DNA of 64,000 bases from a virus (lineage: Duplodnaviria > Caudoviricetes): IMG/VR virus record IMGVR_UViG_3300028833_000121, positions 1-64,000 of that record; one strand, given 5' to 3'. A program made the translations under genes and the position numbers. The notes under the pieces were generated by a model. That model did not search any database, had not been told where the DNA came from, and saw nothing but the letters and a program-made list of their open reading frames with translations. Of this stretch, positions 6,766-18,804 are shown piece by piece. Every line of letters starts with the position of its first letter. The stretch's first letter is position 1.

Positions 6766-7729
6766 ATTTTAAAAGCTCCTTAAAATCCCAAAAATCTTTC
6801 CAAGCCGACATCTTCTAAGTTTTCTTTTCTACGAAATTCCAAACTTTACGATTCGTTCTATCCGTTAACTAGCATCCATACGCGCCGCCTACAAACTCAA
6901 CAATATATCCACCACCGACATATGTACCTAAGTGACCATCACGATGCGCGAACGTACCAGGCTTAAGATTTTTAATCTCACATTCTACGCTATATTTTTC
7001 ACTACCCAAAGTATTCGCATTACTATCAAATTTATTATTTACAAGCTTAAATTTACGCAACCAACCAACTTCCATTCCACTACAATCAGATGCAGGTAAA
7101 TCACCATATTTTGCAACTTCACTTAACATCCACTCTTTTCGACCACCGTCATATTTATCAGGATAACGCTTCGCGCCAACTTCTATTTTTGCAGCAGTAG
7201 CTATATTAAGTCTTAAGTCAGTATTATATAAATTACCTCCCCACATATATAGCGCGCGCACGTCTCCAGAACGATAATCCGGGTCATAACACCATTTAAG
7301 TATCTCTAAACAAATACTGCGTCGCATTTCATTTGTATTTAATAAATCTTTTTCGATTGCTTTGCGCTTAGATGCTTTAATCCAGGTATAAGAATCTAAC
7401 ATACCTTTTTTTGGCTCTGGCTCAGGTTCGGGAGTTGGCATAGGTTCAGGGCCAGGGTCTACCTTAGGCTTAATTTCACCGCGTGCCGCTGCCTCAATAG
7501 CCTCCCAACAAGCTTCATAAATAGTCCCAGTCACTTCTAGTGGCCCTTCGCAAACACTATCATAAGTCTATTGAAATTTTTTAGTAGCTTCAACACTATC
7601 CTACCTAAATTTATTACTTATAATACGTTTAATCTTGCTGGAATACATACCGAGGTCAAAAAGCTTTCGTTTTATATATAAAACATCGGCGCCAGACATC
7701 CCTAATTTTATAGTTCTCCTAAACTCCAT
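6755..7729 (-). CDS. endolysin: PG-binding domain plus NlpC/P60-like peptidase (TAG-recoded)
   Basis: IKLGMSGADV PG-binding start, Pro-Glu linker, SDCSG catalytic Cys and GHLGTYVGGG His; 324 aa through 4 TAG. Confidence 0.8.
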
Positions 7730-7743
7730 TTATATATCCTCCA

Positions 7744-7769
7744 CTATAATATCCTATAATATAAGTAAA
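7744..7769 (-). promoter_or_regulatory. candidate phage late promoter
   Basis: TTTACTTA-TA-TTATAG-GA-TATTATAG before endolysin RBS; same pattern at 21589-21614. Confidence 0.55.
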
Positions 7770-7793
7770 TTACTTTAATTAGAAATCCATAAT

Positions 7794-7822
7794 TTGCATT
7801 TCAATTAAAATTATGGTATAAT
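7794..7822 (+). promoter_or_regulatory. sigma-A/70-type promoter
   Basis: TTGCAT-17 nt-TATAAT, preceded by TGG. Confidence 0.8.
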
Positions 7823-7852
7823 ATAAATAGAAAATAAGGAGATTTTATATAT

Positions 7853-8236
7853 ATGGAACTTAGAGAAAAATTAGGCAGATTAACGGAAACTTTATTTATT
7901 AATATGTATGGAGAGGGTTCGCGCAATAATAATATAATTAGCCTTAGTAATTTTAATCCAAATCTAAAAACTCATAAAACCTGTCTTAGAATTGCTAAAT
8001 CAGTATCATCTTTATATAATTATAAGATTAAATTAGGTTGTAGTTTTTTTACATATATTAAATTTTTATATAAAGAAAAAAAATTATTTAAGAATAAATT
8101 ATATATTTGGGATAGGAAAAATAATGGTAGAGCAGTTCACGATTGGTTAACAGATATTTCTGACGCATACCATGAAAATATGCTTATTTGGGAAGACGTG
8201 TGGGAGTATTTAGGCGGAGATGAAGAACTGGATTGA
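7853..8236 (+). CDS. hypothetical protein
   Basis: 127-aa ORF with RBS after promoter. Confidence 0.7.
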   Translation: MELREKLGRLTETLFINMYGEGSRNNNIISLSNFNPNLKTHKTCLRIAKSVSSLYNYKIKLGCSFFTYIKFLYKEKKLFKNKLYIWDRKNNGRAVHDWLTDISDAYHENMLIWEDVWEYLGGDEELD

Positions 8237-8735
8237 TATTTATACTGATGGAGCTACAAGCGGTAATGGCACTACAAACGCACGCGGTGGATGGGCTTAT
8301 GTATTTTACACAGAGGGCGCGCGAGCTATATCTGAATATGGCGGCGAAGTTGGTACAACAAATAACCGTATGGAACTCATGGCAGCTATTAAAGGAATTG
8401 AAGCCGCTCGCGCAACCTATGGAGAGAAACAAAATCTTCATATAATTAGCGACAGCGCATATTTAGTAAATTGTTACGAGCAAAAGTGGTATAAAAATTG
8501 GGAGCTTAATGGATGGGTTAATAGTTCTAAAGGCCCAGTAGCCAATAAAGACTTATGGGAACGTCTTATTCCATACTTTAAAGACTCTCATATTCTATTT
8601 ATTAAAGTGAAAGGCCATGCGGGTAATGAGAATAATGAATTAGTAGATAAGCTTGCTAAGAAAGGTGCCGCAGAAGCAAAGAACGAACCAAATCCATATA
8701 CTGATGGATGGACTAATGAATTTTTAAATGGATAA
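8220..8735 (+). CDS. rnhA: ribonuclease HI
   Basis: IYTDGA, TTNNRMELMA, SDSAY, VKGHAG...NELVDKLA motifs. Confidence 0.95.
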   Translation: MKNWIDIYTDGATSGNGTTNARGGWAYVFYTEGARAISEYGGEVGTTNNRMELMAAIKGIEAARATYGEKQNLHIISDSAYLVNCYEQKWYKNWELNGWVNSSKGPVANKDLWERLIPYFKDSHILFIKVKGHAGNENNELVDKLAKKGAAEAKNEPNPYTDGWTNEFLNG

Positions 8736-8756
8736 AATTAAGGAATGGTAAAATAA

Positions 8757-8978
8757 ATGAGAATTATTAAACATGGAAGAATAGAAAGAGAAGAAATAAC
8801 TAGAACTGTTACGTTTGAATGTAGGAATTGCGGCTGTATTTTTGAAGAAGATACAATGGATTTAAGACCGCAATATATTTATACTTGCCCATGTCCTGAT
8901 TGCGGGCGTGAGGTTTGGAGCAATAAATATAAAGATACTAAATATATAAATTATTATAAGGTAGGTGATGCAGAATGA
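8757..8978 (+). CDS. small zinc-ribbon protein
   Basis: CRNCGC...CPCPDCG. Confidence 0.7.
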   Translation: MRIIKHGRIEREEITRTVTFECRNCGCIFEEDTMDLRPQYIYTCPCPDCGREVWSNKYKDTKYINYYKVGDAE

Positions 8979-9505
8979 AGGTGTACGTTGTAAACGGCCT
9001 TCCTTAACTTAGAAGTGGGAAAACTACTTTTGAAAATTTTTGTTTCGCACTTAATCCTATCTATGTACGTATGTTTTCTTCTATTTAGCCAGTAAAAGAA
9101 ATAGCATAGAAATGCGGATGGAATGGTGCAAAAGAACCTAAAGATAGAAAATTTTTAGCAGATTTAAAATAGTTATTAATAGAATATAATAATTTTCCAT
9201 TTAATGAAGTAGTTCATTATATCGAAATTGAAAAACGATGGATGGATTAGCGAGATTATGATGGAGATAAATTAATTTTCTTTATAGATGTGCGCGAGCC
9301 CTCTGAAATTTAGAAGTTACGAGATAAGTATGGTGCATAGGCAATTCTTATACAGCGCGCGCTCTCTACGCAATAGGATAATAGTGCCGACTGCGAGGAA
9401 AATTTTAATCCAGATTTATATGATATGGTAATTGCAAATAATGGAACATTAGAACAACTTGAAGCTTAGGCGCGAGAATTTATGAAAGATAAGAGATATA
9501 AGTAA
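8975..9505 (+). pseudogene. P-loop nucleotide kinase-like gene (TAG-recoded) interrupted by in-frame TAACTT
   Basis: MKVYVVNGLP-[TAA CTT]-RSGKTT; the rest is open with 8 TAG; DVREP and IANNGTLEQL motifs of phage dNMP-kinase-like proteins. Confidence 0.7.
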
Positions 9506-9508
9506 AAT

Positions 9509-9539
9509 AAAAGACTACGTTTAATACGTAGTCTTTTTT
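9509..9539. terminator. bidirectional intrinsic terminator
   Basis: AAAGACTACGT-TTAAT-ACGTAGTCTTT between convergent genes. Confidence 0.85.
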
Positions 9540-9555
9540 ATATTTAAATTTAAAT

Positions 9556-9966
9556 TTATTCAGTTACTTCTTCCCAACCATATACACCTGGTTCCCACAC
9601 ATTATAATCTGCAATAGAAACCCAAATCTTTCCATTATGACGTACCTTATCTCCCGTCATATAAGGATTTGTAGAACTAGGCTGTACCCATTCTGGTATT
9701 ACGCCTGGGTCAGGAATTAATACTTCTGCAAATAAGCTAACTGCTACGTCTGGCTCCCAACCAGCCTATGAAGTATGAGCTTGAAGAACCTTATAAAGTC
9801 TTCCAACATACTAAACTCTTTCGCCAATAACATCATATTTATGGTTAGGTTCCCAATATTTAAATAGCCTTGGGACATAAGCCGCATCGCCATCGGATAA
9901 AGACGTAGCTGCCTAATTCATTAATTGGCGATATTTTTCGGCCTACCATCTAGTAAACTAAATCAT
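9556..9966 (-). CDS. carbohydrate-binding module (CBM5/12-like) protein (TAG-recoded)
   Basis: LYKVLQAHTS*AGWEPD...EWVQPSSTNPYMTGDKVRHNGKIWVS..DYNVWEPGVYGW. Confidence 0.8.
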
Positions 9967-10196
9967 TCTCCTTCCTAACCTCCGAATATAAAATCTAAAG
10001 CTTCTTGCGGTTCCATTACGGGTAATCCTTCATCCTCTTCAATTGGAATATCAGTTTCAGTATATGTACGATTCATATAAACTGGGTCAATCGCTTCAGA
10101 ATATAAATTACCTGTTTCGTCTTGACGAATCATCATTTTATTATTAGAGTACGCGCAAACTAAATCAGTTCCGCTAATTTCTTGATAAATTACCAT
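9963..10196 (-). CDS. small tail-fibre-associated protein
   Basis: RQDETGNLYSEAIDP..RTYTETD motif; reads through TAG to a TGA overlapping the next ATG. Confidence 0.65.
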
Positions 10197-10218
10197 ATAA
10201 ATTACTCCTTTTAATTAT

Positions 10219-11763
10219 TTATACACTTACAAATCGAGATGAGAAATATGTCCAATTTGTCGATGTGATATAGGCCGAATATAATGAAGATGGAACGTAA
10301 ATACTTCCGTAAACGTTGCCAGTAAAGGTTGTGAATCCAGCAATTGGAGTTGAGAGGAAAGCGTTTGAATTAAGCAAAGATACAACGCTCGGACTGTAAA
10401 GGTACACGGAAAGTAACTTTTGGCAGTTAGTAAAAACAGAAGAACCAATAGTTTCGCATGAAATAAGCCTGACAAGTGTTAAACTAAAGCAATTAAGAAA
10501 AGCCTAATTACTAATAGTTTTGCAGGCAAAAAGCCTAATAGCTGATAAACTACTGCAATATGCAAACGCATTATTTCCTATTGTCGTACAAGAAGGAAAA
10601 CTTACTTCAGTAAGACAAAAGCAAGATGTAAACGCGAAAGATCCTATTGTCGTACAAACAGGGAAATCCGCATAAGTTAAACTACTGCAATACCCAAATG
10701 CACTCGTACCAATTGACGTGCAAGAAGGAAAATTTATACTCGGTAATTTATAGCATCTCATAAACGCACTACTTCCAATACTCGTACAAGCAGGAAAACT
10801 TACCGTTTGTAAATAAGTACAAAATGCAAACGCATTACTTTCAATACTCGTACAAGAAGGAAAACTTGCCGTCGATAAACGACTACAATAATAAAACGCA
10901 CTACTTCCAATAGTTGTACAAGCAGGAAAACTTACCGTCGTTAGGCTGGTACAAGATGCAAACGCATACTTTCCAATATAAGTGCAAGAAGGAAAACTGA
11001 CCGTCGATAAACGACTACAAGATGTAAACGCACTATAGCTAATACTCGTACAAGCAGGAAAACTTGCCGTCGTTAATTTATAACAATTATAAAACGCACT
11101 GCTTCCAATACTCGTACAAGCAGGAAAACTTACCGTCGTTAGGCTGGTACAAGATGCAAACGCACCTTGTCCAATACTCGTGCAAGAAGGAAAACTCGCT
11201 GTCGTTAATTTATAACAATTATAAAACGCAAAACTTCCAATATTCGTACAAACAGGAAAACTGAACGTCGATAAACTGAAACAATTATAAAACGCACTAC
11301 TTCCAATACTCGTACAAGCGGGAAAACTTACTGTTTGCAAATCACTACAATACGCGAACGTACCTTGCCCAATTTTCGTAACCGAGGAGTGCTCGAACGA
11401 GGCGAACGCGTCGTGATTTTCAATAAAATCTACAACAGTGTTGCTTCCTCCGCCACCTTCATAGTTTCCAGTAACTCCAAATATACTAACGCCGCTCTTA
11501 ATGTTCCCAGCTACAAGATTGGCGTCACCTTTTATGGTCTAATTTCCAGTTAAAAAAGTCCCACTACTAATTGTTTGATTCGATGTAGTAGGAGTTATCG
11601 TCTACGCAGCCTATGTCGGGATATCTTCTATCACATCCGCAAAACCTTCATCCATATCCCATGTTAAAGGAGTTGAACCACCGGTTTTTAAAAGAATAGC
11701 AGTTGCGGTGGCGGACAATGCGCCATCAAGACGCTCGCTATCTATTAATTTATCTAACGCCAT
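10219..11763 (-). CDS. BspA-type leucine-rich-repeat protein 1 (TAG-recoded)
   Basis: About 13 tandem 22-aa repeats (SFPxCTSIGxxAFxxCxxL), N-terminal tail-like linker; 514 aa joining ORF fragments at TAG. Confidence 0.85.
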
Positions 11764-11776
11764 TTATTTCACCTCA

Positions 11777-12673
11777 TTAAGTCCTACGCCACATATAATT
11801 CATACCTGAAATAATAGTTTCCTAACTTTCAACCCTATGGACAGAACCATTTAAGCTGCATGTTAAACTATTGTTATTACTAGTATTAGGTTTAATATTA
11901 TTATTAACTATTACCCAATTACCCGTATTATATCTACTTGCAATAAACTATTCCCATGTCATACCGTTTACCGCTGAATAACTTGATAATACTTCAACAG
12001 TAAATGTTATAATTTCTCCGTAGTTTCCTCCACTCCACGAAGAAATTGTTAACGTATTACTTCCATTAACCGTAATTGTCCCCGCCGTACCGCTTGAAAC
12101 GTACCCGGCAGAAACCGTTGGAGTAACGGATTGAGAACCACTTACAGATGCCGTGATAAGGCCACCCGAAGATACGCTGATGGTCGGGTTGGCGGTAATC
12201 GTAGTCGCTGGCGTAGTCGCAGAACCGCTTGCGACAGAGGCCGATGCGTAGTTCGTCACATCAGTTGTCCCGCTTGACGATATGGTTTTCGTGCCGCTGA
12301 CGAGTTCAGATGCGGATACCGTGACCGGAGTGCCGGTTTTCGTGCCGCCGGTAATGTACCCTGTGGTATTTGTGACGGACGGGGTGACCGAAACTGAGTT
12401 GCTTGACACGGTTCCCTTCGTTGCGGTAGGCGTTCCCGCCGTCCCGCTACTAACTGTTTTCTAGACCTATGAAGAATAAACTCCCGCAGGTATTGTTGTT
12501 GTTGCGCCAGACACAGTCACATCTGACGCACTTTTTGTTACTAACGCGCCGGTCACAGTTGTTCCATCGGCGCCTAAAGCGGTATTTGGGGATACTAAAG
12601 TTGAACTAGTTACGGTCTTATCAGTAACATCAATCAACGTATTCCCGTTTAATATAACTTTTGAAACCGCCAT
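11777..12673 (-). CDS. Ser/Thr-rich tail fibre-like protein (TAG-recoded)
   Basis: MAVSKVILNGNTLID start; ORF fragments in one frame; 298 aa. Confidence 0.75.
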
Positions 12674-12698
12674 TTTTCTACCTCACTTTATTGAAATT

Positions 12699-13739
12699 TT
12701 ATTTATCTTTATAAAGTTTTTCAATATGTTTTAACCAATTATTAATTGTGATATTTTCCATCATCATTCCTTCGTTCACGGAACGAGTACGAATTTGATT
12801 AGATATTTGCATTTTATCATTATCAGAAATTTCATTCCATAATTTCTTTCTCTTTCTAAAATACTTCGCAAAATATTTTTCCGTACTATCTCTATACTCT
12901 TTATTTTCCTAATCGCGCCATTCAGGTTTATTCATTAAATAATAAGCATCAAAAATAAGGAATCCAGTAAAGAACATAGCTTTATTTTTAACATTACGTT
13001 TTAAAAATTCATCTACAAGCGCATCGTTACTATCAATCATATTTTTATAAGTTTTAAGTATATATTTAGGATCGTGACGACAAACGCTTTCATCTCTCCA
13101 CTTCCATAAATAAAATGGCGTCTAACAATATTTTACATTTGTTGAAAGATTCTAACATTGAATATTAAAGAAACTATCTTCATGAATAGTAAGTTTCTCA
13201 TTCCAACGAATATTCTAACTGAGCAGATATTGACGACGATGAACTTTTCCGTGAACAAAAGTTGAATCCATATCATGGTTAATAAACATTGGACTACCCT
13301 TTTTCATGGCGGGCATCACTACATTCCCCATCTAATCTCTCTGTTCAGGTATATCCTGCGGCAGATGCGACTCTTCAATAAATACCGAAACTAAACTATC
13401 AAACCCATTTCCTTCCATTTCTCTAAATATTATCCATAAACCGCATACATTACAGAACATATCATCTGCGTCACAGAACATTACATAATCTGCGGTCGCA
13501 TGATTAAAACACGCATTACGAGTGCCACTTACGCCACGATGCGGTTCGAGATAATATTCAATTTTAAAAGGATAAGAATTTAATAGTTTTTCTGAAAGAT
13601 GAACATCTGATCCATCATTACAAATTATAACTCCTACTTCCGTAAAAGAAACTGCCTATTGTAATGCAATTGAATCTAATAAAGGTTTAATAATTTCGTC
13701 TGTTTCGTGATATTGAGGAACTAAAATTTGAAGTTTCAT
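12699..13739 (-). CDS. glycosyltransferase family 2 (TAG-recoded; missing from ORF track)
   Basis: MKLQILVPQY, IICNDGS, GVSGTRN, YVMFCDADD, HEDSFFN; 346 aa. Confidence 0.9.
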
Positions 13740-13843
13740 AAATACCTCCATAAAAATATTTATTATATTTATTAAACGGCTTGTGTTATGGCACATTATC
13801 TCACTTAGGGCGCGACCCTTATGCTACCCGTTTTATATTAATT

Positions 13844-15406
13844 TTATATACCTACAATTCTGCTTGAAAAATAAGTCCAGTTAGTAGCTGTCTTATAAGA
13901 ACTAAGAAGGGATGATGGAACGTAAATAGAACCATAAACGCCTCCAGTAGAGGTTGTGTATCCGGCGATTGGGGTTGACGAAAATACGTTGGAATTGGCA
14001 AGCGACACAAGTGACGAACCAAGAAGATATAAAGAAACAAGTTTAAAGCACCTGCCAAATGCAGAGGCACTTATGTTTATACAAGCAGGAAAACTTGCCG
14101 TCGATAAATTGTAACAATAATAAAGCGCATTCTCGCCAATACGTGTGCAAGCAGGAAAACTGAGAGTTTGCAAACTAGTACAATATGCAAACGCATTCTC
14201 GCCAATACTCGTACAAGCAGGAAAACTGGCCGCCGATAAACTGTAACAATATGCAAACGCACTACTTCCAATACTCGTACAAACAGGAAAACTTATCGTC
14301 GTTAGGCTGGGACAAGCAGAAAATGCGTATCCGCCAATACTTGTACAAGCAGGAAAACTGAGAGTTTGCAAACTAGTACAATAACGAAACGCACTACTTC
14401 TAATAGTTGTACAAACAGGAAAACTTGCTGTTTCCAAACATCTACAATATGCAAACGCATTCTCGCCAATACTCGTACAAGCAGGAAAACTGGCCGCCGA
14501 TAAACTGTAACAACTATAAAACGCATCATTGCCAATACTCGTGCAAGAAGGAAAACTCGCTGTCGTTAATTTGTAACAACTATAAAACGCACTACTTCCA
14601 ATACTCGTACAAACAGGAAAACTGATCGTCGATAAACTGAAACAATTATAAAATGCATTACTTCCAATACTCGTACAAGCAGGAAAACTGAGAGTTTGCA
14701 AAGAACTACAAAACGCAAACGCTCCTTGTCCTATAGTCGTTACAGTAGAATCCTCATAACTCGTCATGGTTCCATGATTCTGTATGAAAGATGCTGCTCC
14801 GCCACCGCCGCCTTGGAAAGTTCCAACTACTCCAAAAATACTAATTCCACTAGCTATATTAGAACTAACTAAATTATTATCTCCATTTACTATTACAGAA
14901 GCAAATCCATTATATCCAGAGTCTGGACTTACTATCTAAGTAGACGCAGTAGGCATTATAGTTTTAGTCTAAAGCATTACTGGATCGCCGCTAATACTTA
15001 CTATTGTACCACCATGGGAGTCTAGAGTTTCTACTACCGTTATTCCAGCTTTAGTATAATCTATTATAATGTTATCCGTGCAGTATTTTCCGGAAGTAAG
15101 AAGGGTCTTAGTTCCGCTACTATTCATAGTGGCTATCTGCGAACCAGCGTAGGATATGGAAATATCAACAGATTCCCAGATAGCATAAACAGACTCATGA
15201 GTATCAGTAGTTTCCCCCGCTTGATAAGAAGTTCCAGTTCCATCTCTGGCATCATTCCACTCTTTGAACACTTTTCCTGCTGGAGCGCTAAACCCGCACT
15301 CTTCAATAGTAAGCAGGATCTAATGCATCATATTAGTTCTGGTCTGGTATATAGTGTCGTCTGAAGAATCATAATTTCTCCAATATAATCTTGGTAAGCC
15401 GGCCAT
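13844..15406 (-). CDS. BspA-type LRR protein 2 with N-terminal Listeria-Bacteroides-repeat-like domain (TAG-recoded)
   Basis: APAGKVFKEWNDARDGTGTSY domain, then about 11 LRR repeats and a C-cap paralogous to LRR protein 1; 520 aa. Confidence 0.85.
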
Positions 15407-18400
15407 CAGCTAACACCTCCTTGATAAGTGGGCAAGTCTGCGGCCGCCCATGCGCCGTTAACTACTGTAAGAACTTTGCCGTTGTCGGATGCACTTACAG
15501 CTGGTAGTAATGATGCAAGCACAGTTGCAAGCTGAGCTGGCGTTAACGTGATCTCATTAGCGGTTCCAAGACCAAGCGTAAGACTACCAGCTATAGCTTC
15601 GTTACCATCCCAATCTACAGTTAATGCATTAGAACGTGCTCCATTAGCAGTACCATTACCAATTATAAATACATATTTTTTTGCCCCATTACCATATTGA
15701 GTATAATTAGTGCCATCATCATCATCTGGTATATTATATTGGCCAATAACCATTGATGCTCTACCAGTCGCTTCAGTACGATCACCAAAACTAAATGATA
15801 TCAAACCAGATGTTTTAGCCAGCTGGCCCAAAGCAAAAGAAAGGCCAGCTAATGTTTCACATGCACTACCACCAGCTATACATTGTTGTGCATGTGTTAT
15901 GGATCCAAAACCTAAAGCTATTGAATAACTTCCTTGAGCTAATGTGCGTCCGCCTGCGGCGATACTAGCATATCCTGTAGCTCTTGTTCCTCCTCCTACA
16001 GCAAGAGAAACAGCTCCAGAGGCATCTGAGCCACCGCCTAAAATAATACTTGATGAACCTGTTCCTTTATTGATAATAGGGGTTCCATTATCTTTTAAAA
16101 AATATGGTAATTCTTCATATACTAATTCTTTATAATTTCTACTAATCTGTTTAATAGTAATTATATGAGAAGCAGATGTAGAATTTGTCCAAATAATTAC
16201 GTTTGTATCTCTATCATAACGATATGTTATTACAAAAGGTAAATTTGCTTTTTCAGTAGGAGCAAAATTTAACAATGTTGCATTTCCTAATACTCTACAA
16301 TCCCATATATTATTAATTGATGTAAATCTAGAATTAACAGCACAACTACTAGATCTAAGCTGTGCATTACAGATATATTCTACGCCATCCCAAATAACAA
16401 GATATTTGTTACCAAGCACAAACTCAGAAGTAGAAAAACCAGTTAAAGCATTATTGGCTGATCGATATAAATTTGTAGCATAATTACCCTCTGAATCATC
16501 ATCTAAATAAAAACCAGAAACAGTCACATTATCTACTAATGTAGTTATTGTTTCAGAGTCTGGGTCATATCCAGACACATCCTATACGATATTCGTTGTA
16601 GTCTCACCAATAGTTGACTAAATACTACCAGTTGTTACATCATAACTAATATCTGAAATACTATCACTTATTTTTAAATATGTAGTATCAATAACATTTC
16701 CTTCATTATCTTGAGCTGCTTTTGTTGCATATGGAATGGTTAAATCCTCATTTGTACCATTAGTATTAACTCTTAAATAATCGCCATTAATAGTAGCACT
16801 ATGAACACCACTATTAGTAAGTGTTAATATTCCATTGCTATAACTTTTAGATAACCCCGTTCCTGTAGTGATCTTCGTATATGCTTCACGAGTAGTAACA
16901 CTCCATCCAGTAGAGGAATTAAGTTTATATACGAAAACCTGATCGCCTTGCTGTGAATCACTATGGGTAGAAACGGAACGATAGTATTGGAATTCAAATT
17001 CCGTAGGAGTAGTCGAATTGTTCACATAAGCAAGAAACGCCATGCGGTTCTGCGAACCAGTGCCTGGATTACTATTACTAGAAGCACGGCAGTATACAAC
17101 TTTATTAGCCTAGTATGCGGCTAAAATTTCTGCATAAGTAGAAGAGCCATAAGAACCAATATACATACCAGTTATAAAACCAGAATCATTAGTTAAATCA
17201 CTAGTTTTAGATGGTATTGTAAGAGTTACTGCTCCGGTGCTACCATTAACACTTGTCACTGGATATGGTGGAGGATTACTTGCACTATATTGTTGAACAT
17301 TGTCTACGTTTCCAAGGCCAATATCAGACTTACTTACATTATGCGGGTTACCACTTGTAAGCTGAGAATGGTCATAAGCCGTCTTACCACGATCTCCACG
17401 ATAAGCAGTAGAGCTCGTCTCGCCGAGAGCAAGAGAAGCGCTAATTTCTACGAAAGCCGTGCCACTCCACCGATAAGTCTTCTCGGTACTGAGATCGACG
17501 TAAATCTTACCTGTTTCACCTGAAATCTCAGTAGTATGAGAAGATTCCTCATAGAATTTTGAATTGTAGTAATACCCCTCAATAACATCATCCACATAAG
17601 ATGGAAGCTAAGAAGAAGGAACCCTACCGTTAGCATCCAACTCAGCAACACCGTTAGCTACGCCCTTCAGATTGGCGGCCATGCGGCTTGTATCACTTGG
17701 ATGTACATGATCCGCGCGACTATAATTATTTGAAGTGCCTGCTGCGGCAGTTCCATCCATTTGCGGATTAGCATCAGACGCAGTTGGAACACTAACTGTT
17801 GGGGCATTTGTCCAAAGTCGAATGGCGCCGTCCTTATAATAATATACTGGGTGATTTAAAGTCATCTCTATCATAGTAGCACTATAAGCAATTCCAAGAA
17901 AAATATAAATTTTTCCATCATCTGTGCTTGGTAATGCCTATACATATGGAGTAGTACTATCAATAATCGCACTACCATTGCTCTACGGCGCGCATTTTAT
18001 AAATACTGGCCGTTGAGTTGTAAGTGTGAGAGCGGCTCCTGTTCTATTAAATGAGTACCCTAAAGTAAGTGTGTATTGTTGCCAGATTGCAGAAGCTGCA
18101 ACGTTCGCCTCTGCAGCGTAACTAGTACTATTACCACAATATACAATTGACCCAAATGGATTAATTGGTCTCTAATTTACAGTTTTTGTACTTGTTGCAC
18201 TATTATCTGTTCCGGTATTAGCTGGTACCCAGTGTGTATCATCAGCTGAAGTAAATAAAATACGATAATATCTAAACTTATCATATGTTTTTAAAGTATA
18301 GCTATTAGTACGAAGCTAATAACCAATAGTATTTGTATTAGCATCATAACCACGATAACATATCCACGCGCCATCTTCAACAAGCGTACTATCATAAACG

Positions 18401-18720
18401 AATAGCATTGTATAATTAATATTAAATATTGTAGTATCACGTGTAGGCGCAGTAGGAGTTATGTCGTTGCCCGTCGCCATATTACTATATGACGGTTTAG
18501 CTCCTAAATCATTAATATTAATAGTAAAGCCCGATGCAGAAGTTACAATACCATTTTTTAGTAAAATAGTTAATCCATCATAATATTCTGTAATACCTGG
18601 AATGGTTGCAGTATAAACCGTATTTGTAGAAGTGCTATCTACCTGTCCAAAGAAAATACCAGTAGCCTAAATACTATAATCTGTATTGTCTGGTAATGTA
18701 ATATGACTAATAGTTGCCAT
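15406..18720 (-). CDS. large tail fibre/adhesin with YadA-head-like repeats (TAG-recoded)
   Basis: Four ORF-track fragments plus the N-terminus share one frame (1104 aa); C-terminal A.G..S.A.G 14-residue repeats. Confidence 0.8.
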
Positions 18721-18739
18721 ATGTTTACTCCTTTATTCG

Positions 18740-18786
18740 CTTATACAGCGCGAATCATATAAAATTATGCGACCCGCGCTGTATAC
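18740..18786. repeat. intergenic inverted repeat
   Basis: TATACAGCGCG...CGCGCTGTATA between late genes. Confidence 0.6.
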
Positions 18787-18804
18787 GAATAACTTTTAAT
18801 TTTA

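Noticed and set aside
10504-14767. CRISPR array or diversity-generating retroelement in the 66-nt repeats
   Set aside because: Repeats are in-frame LRR coding units with no spacers; no reverse transcriptase and no adenine-specific TR/VR pair seen
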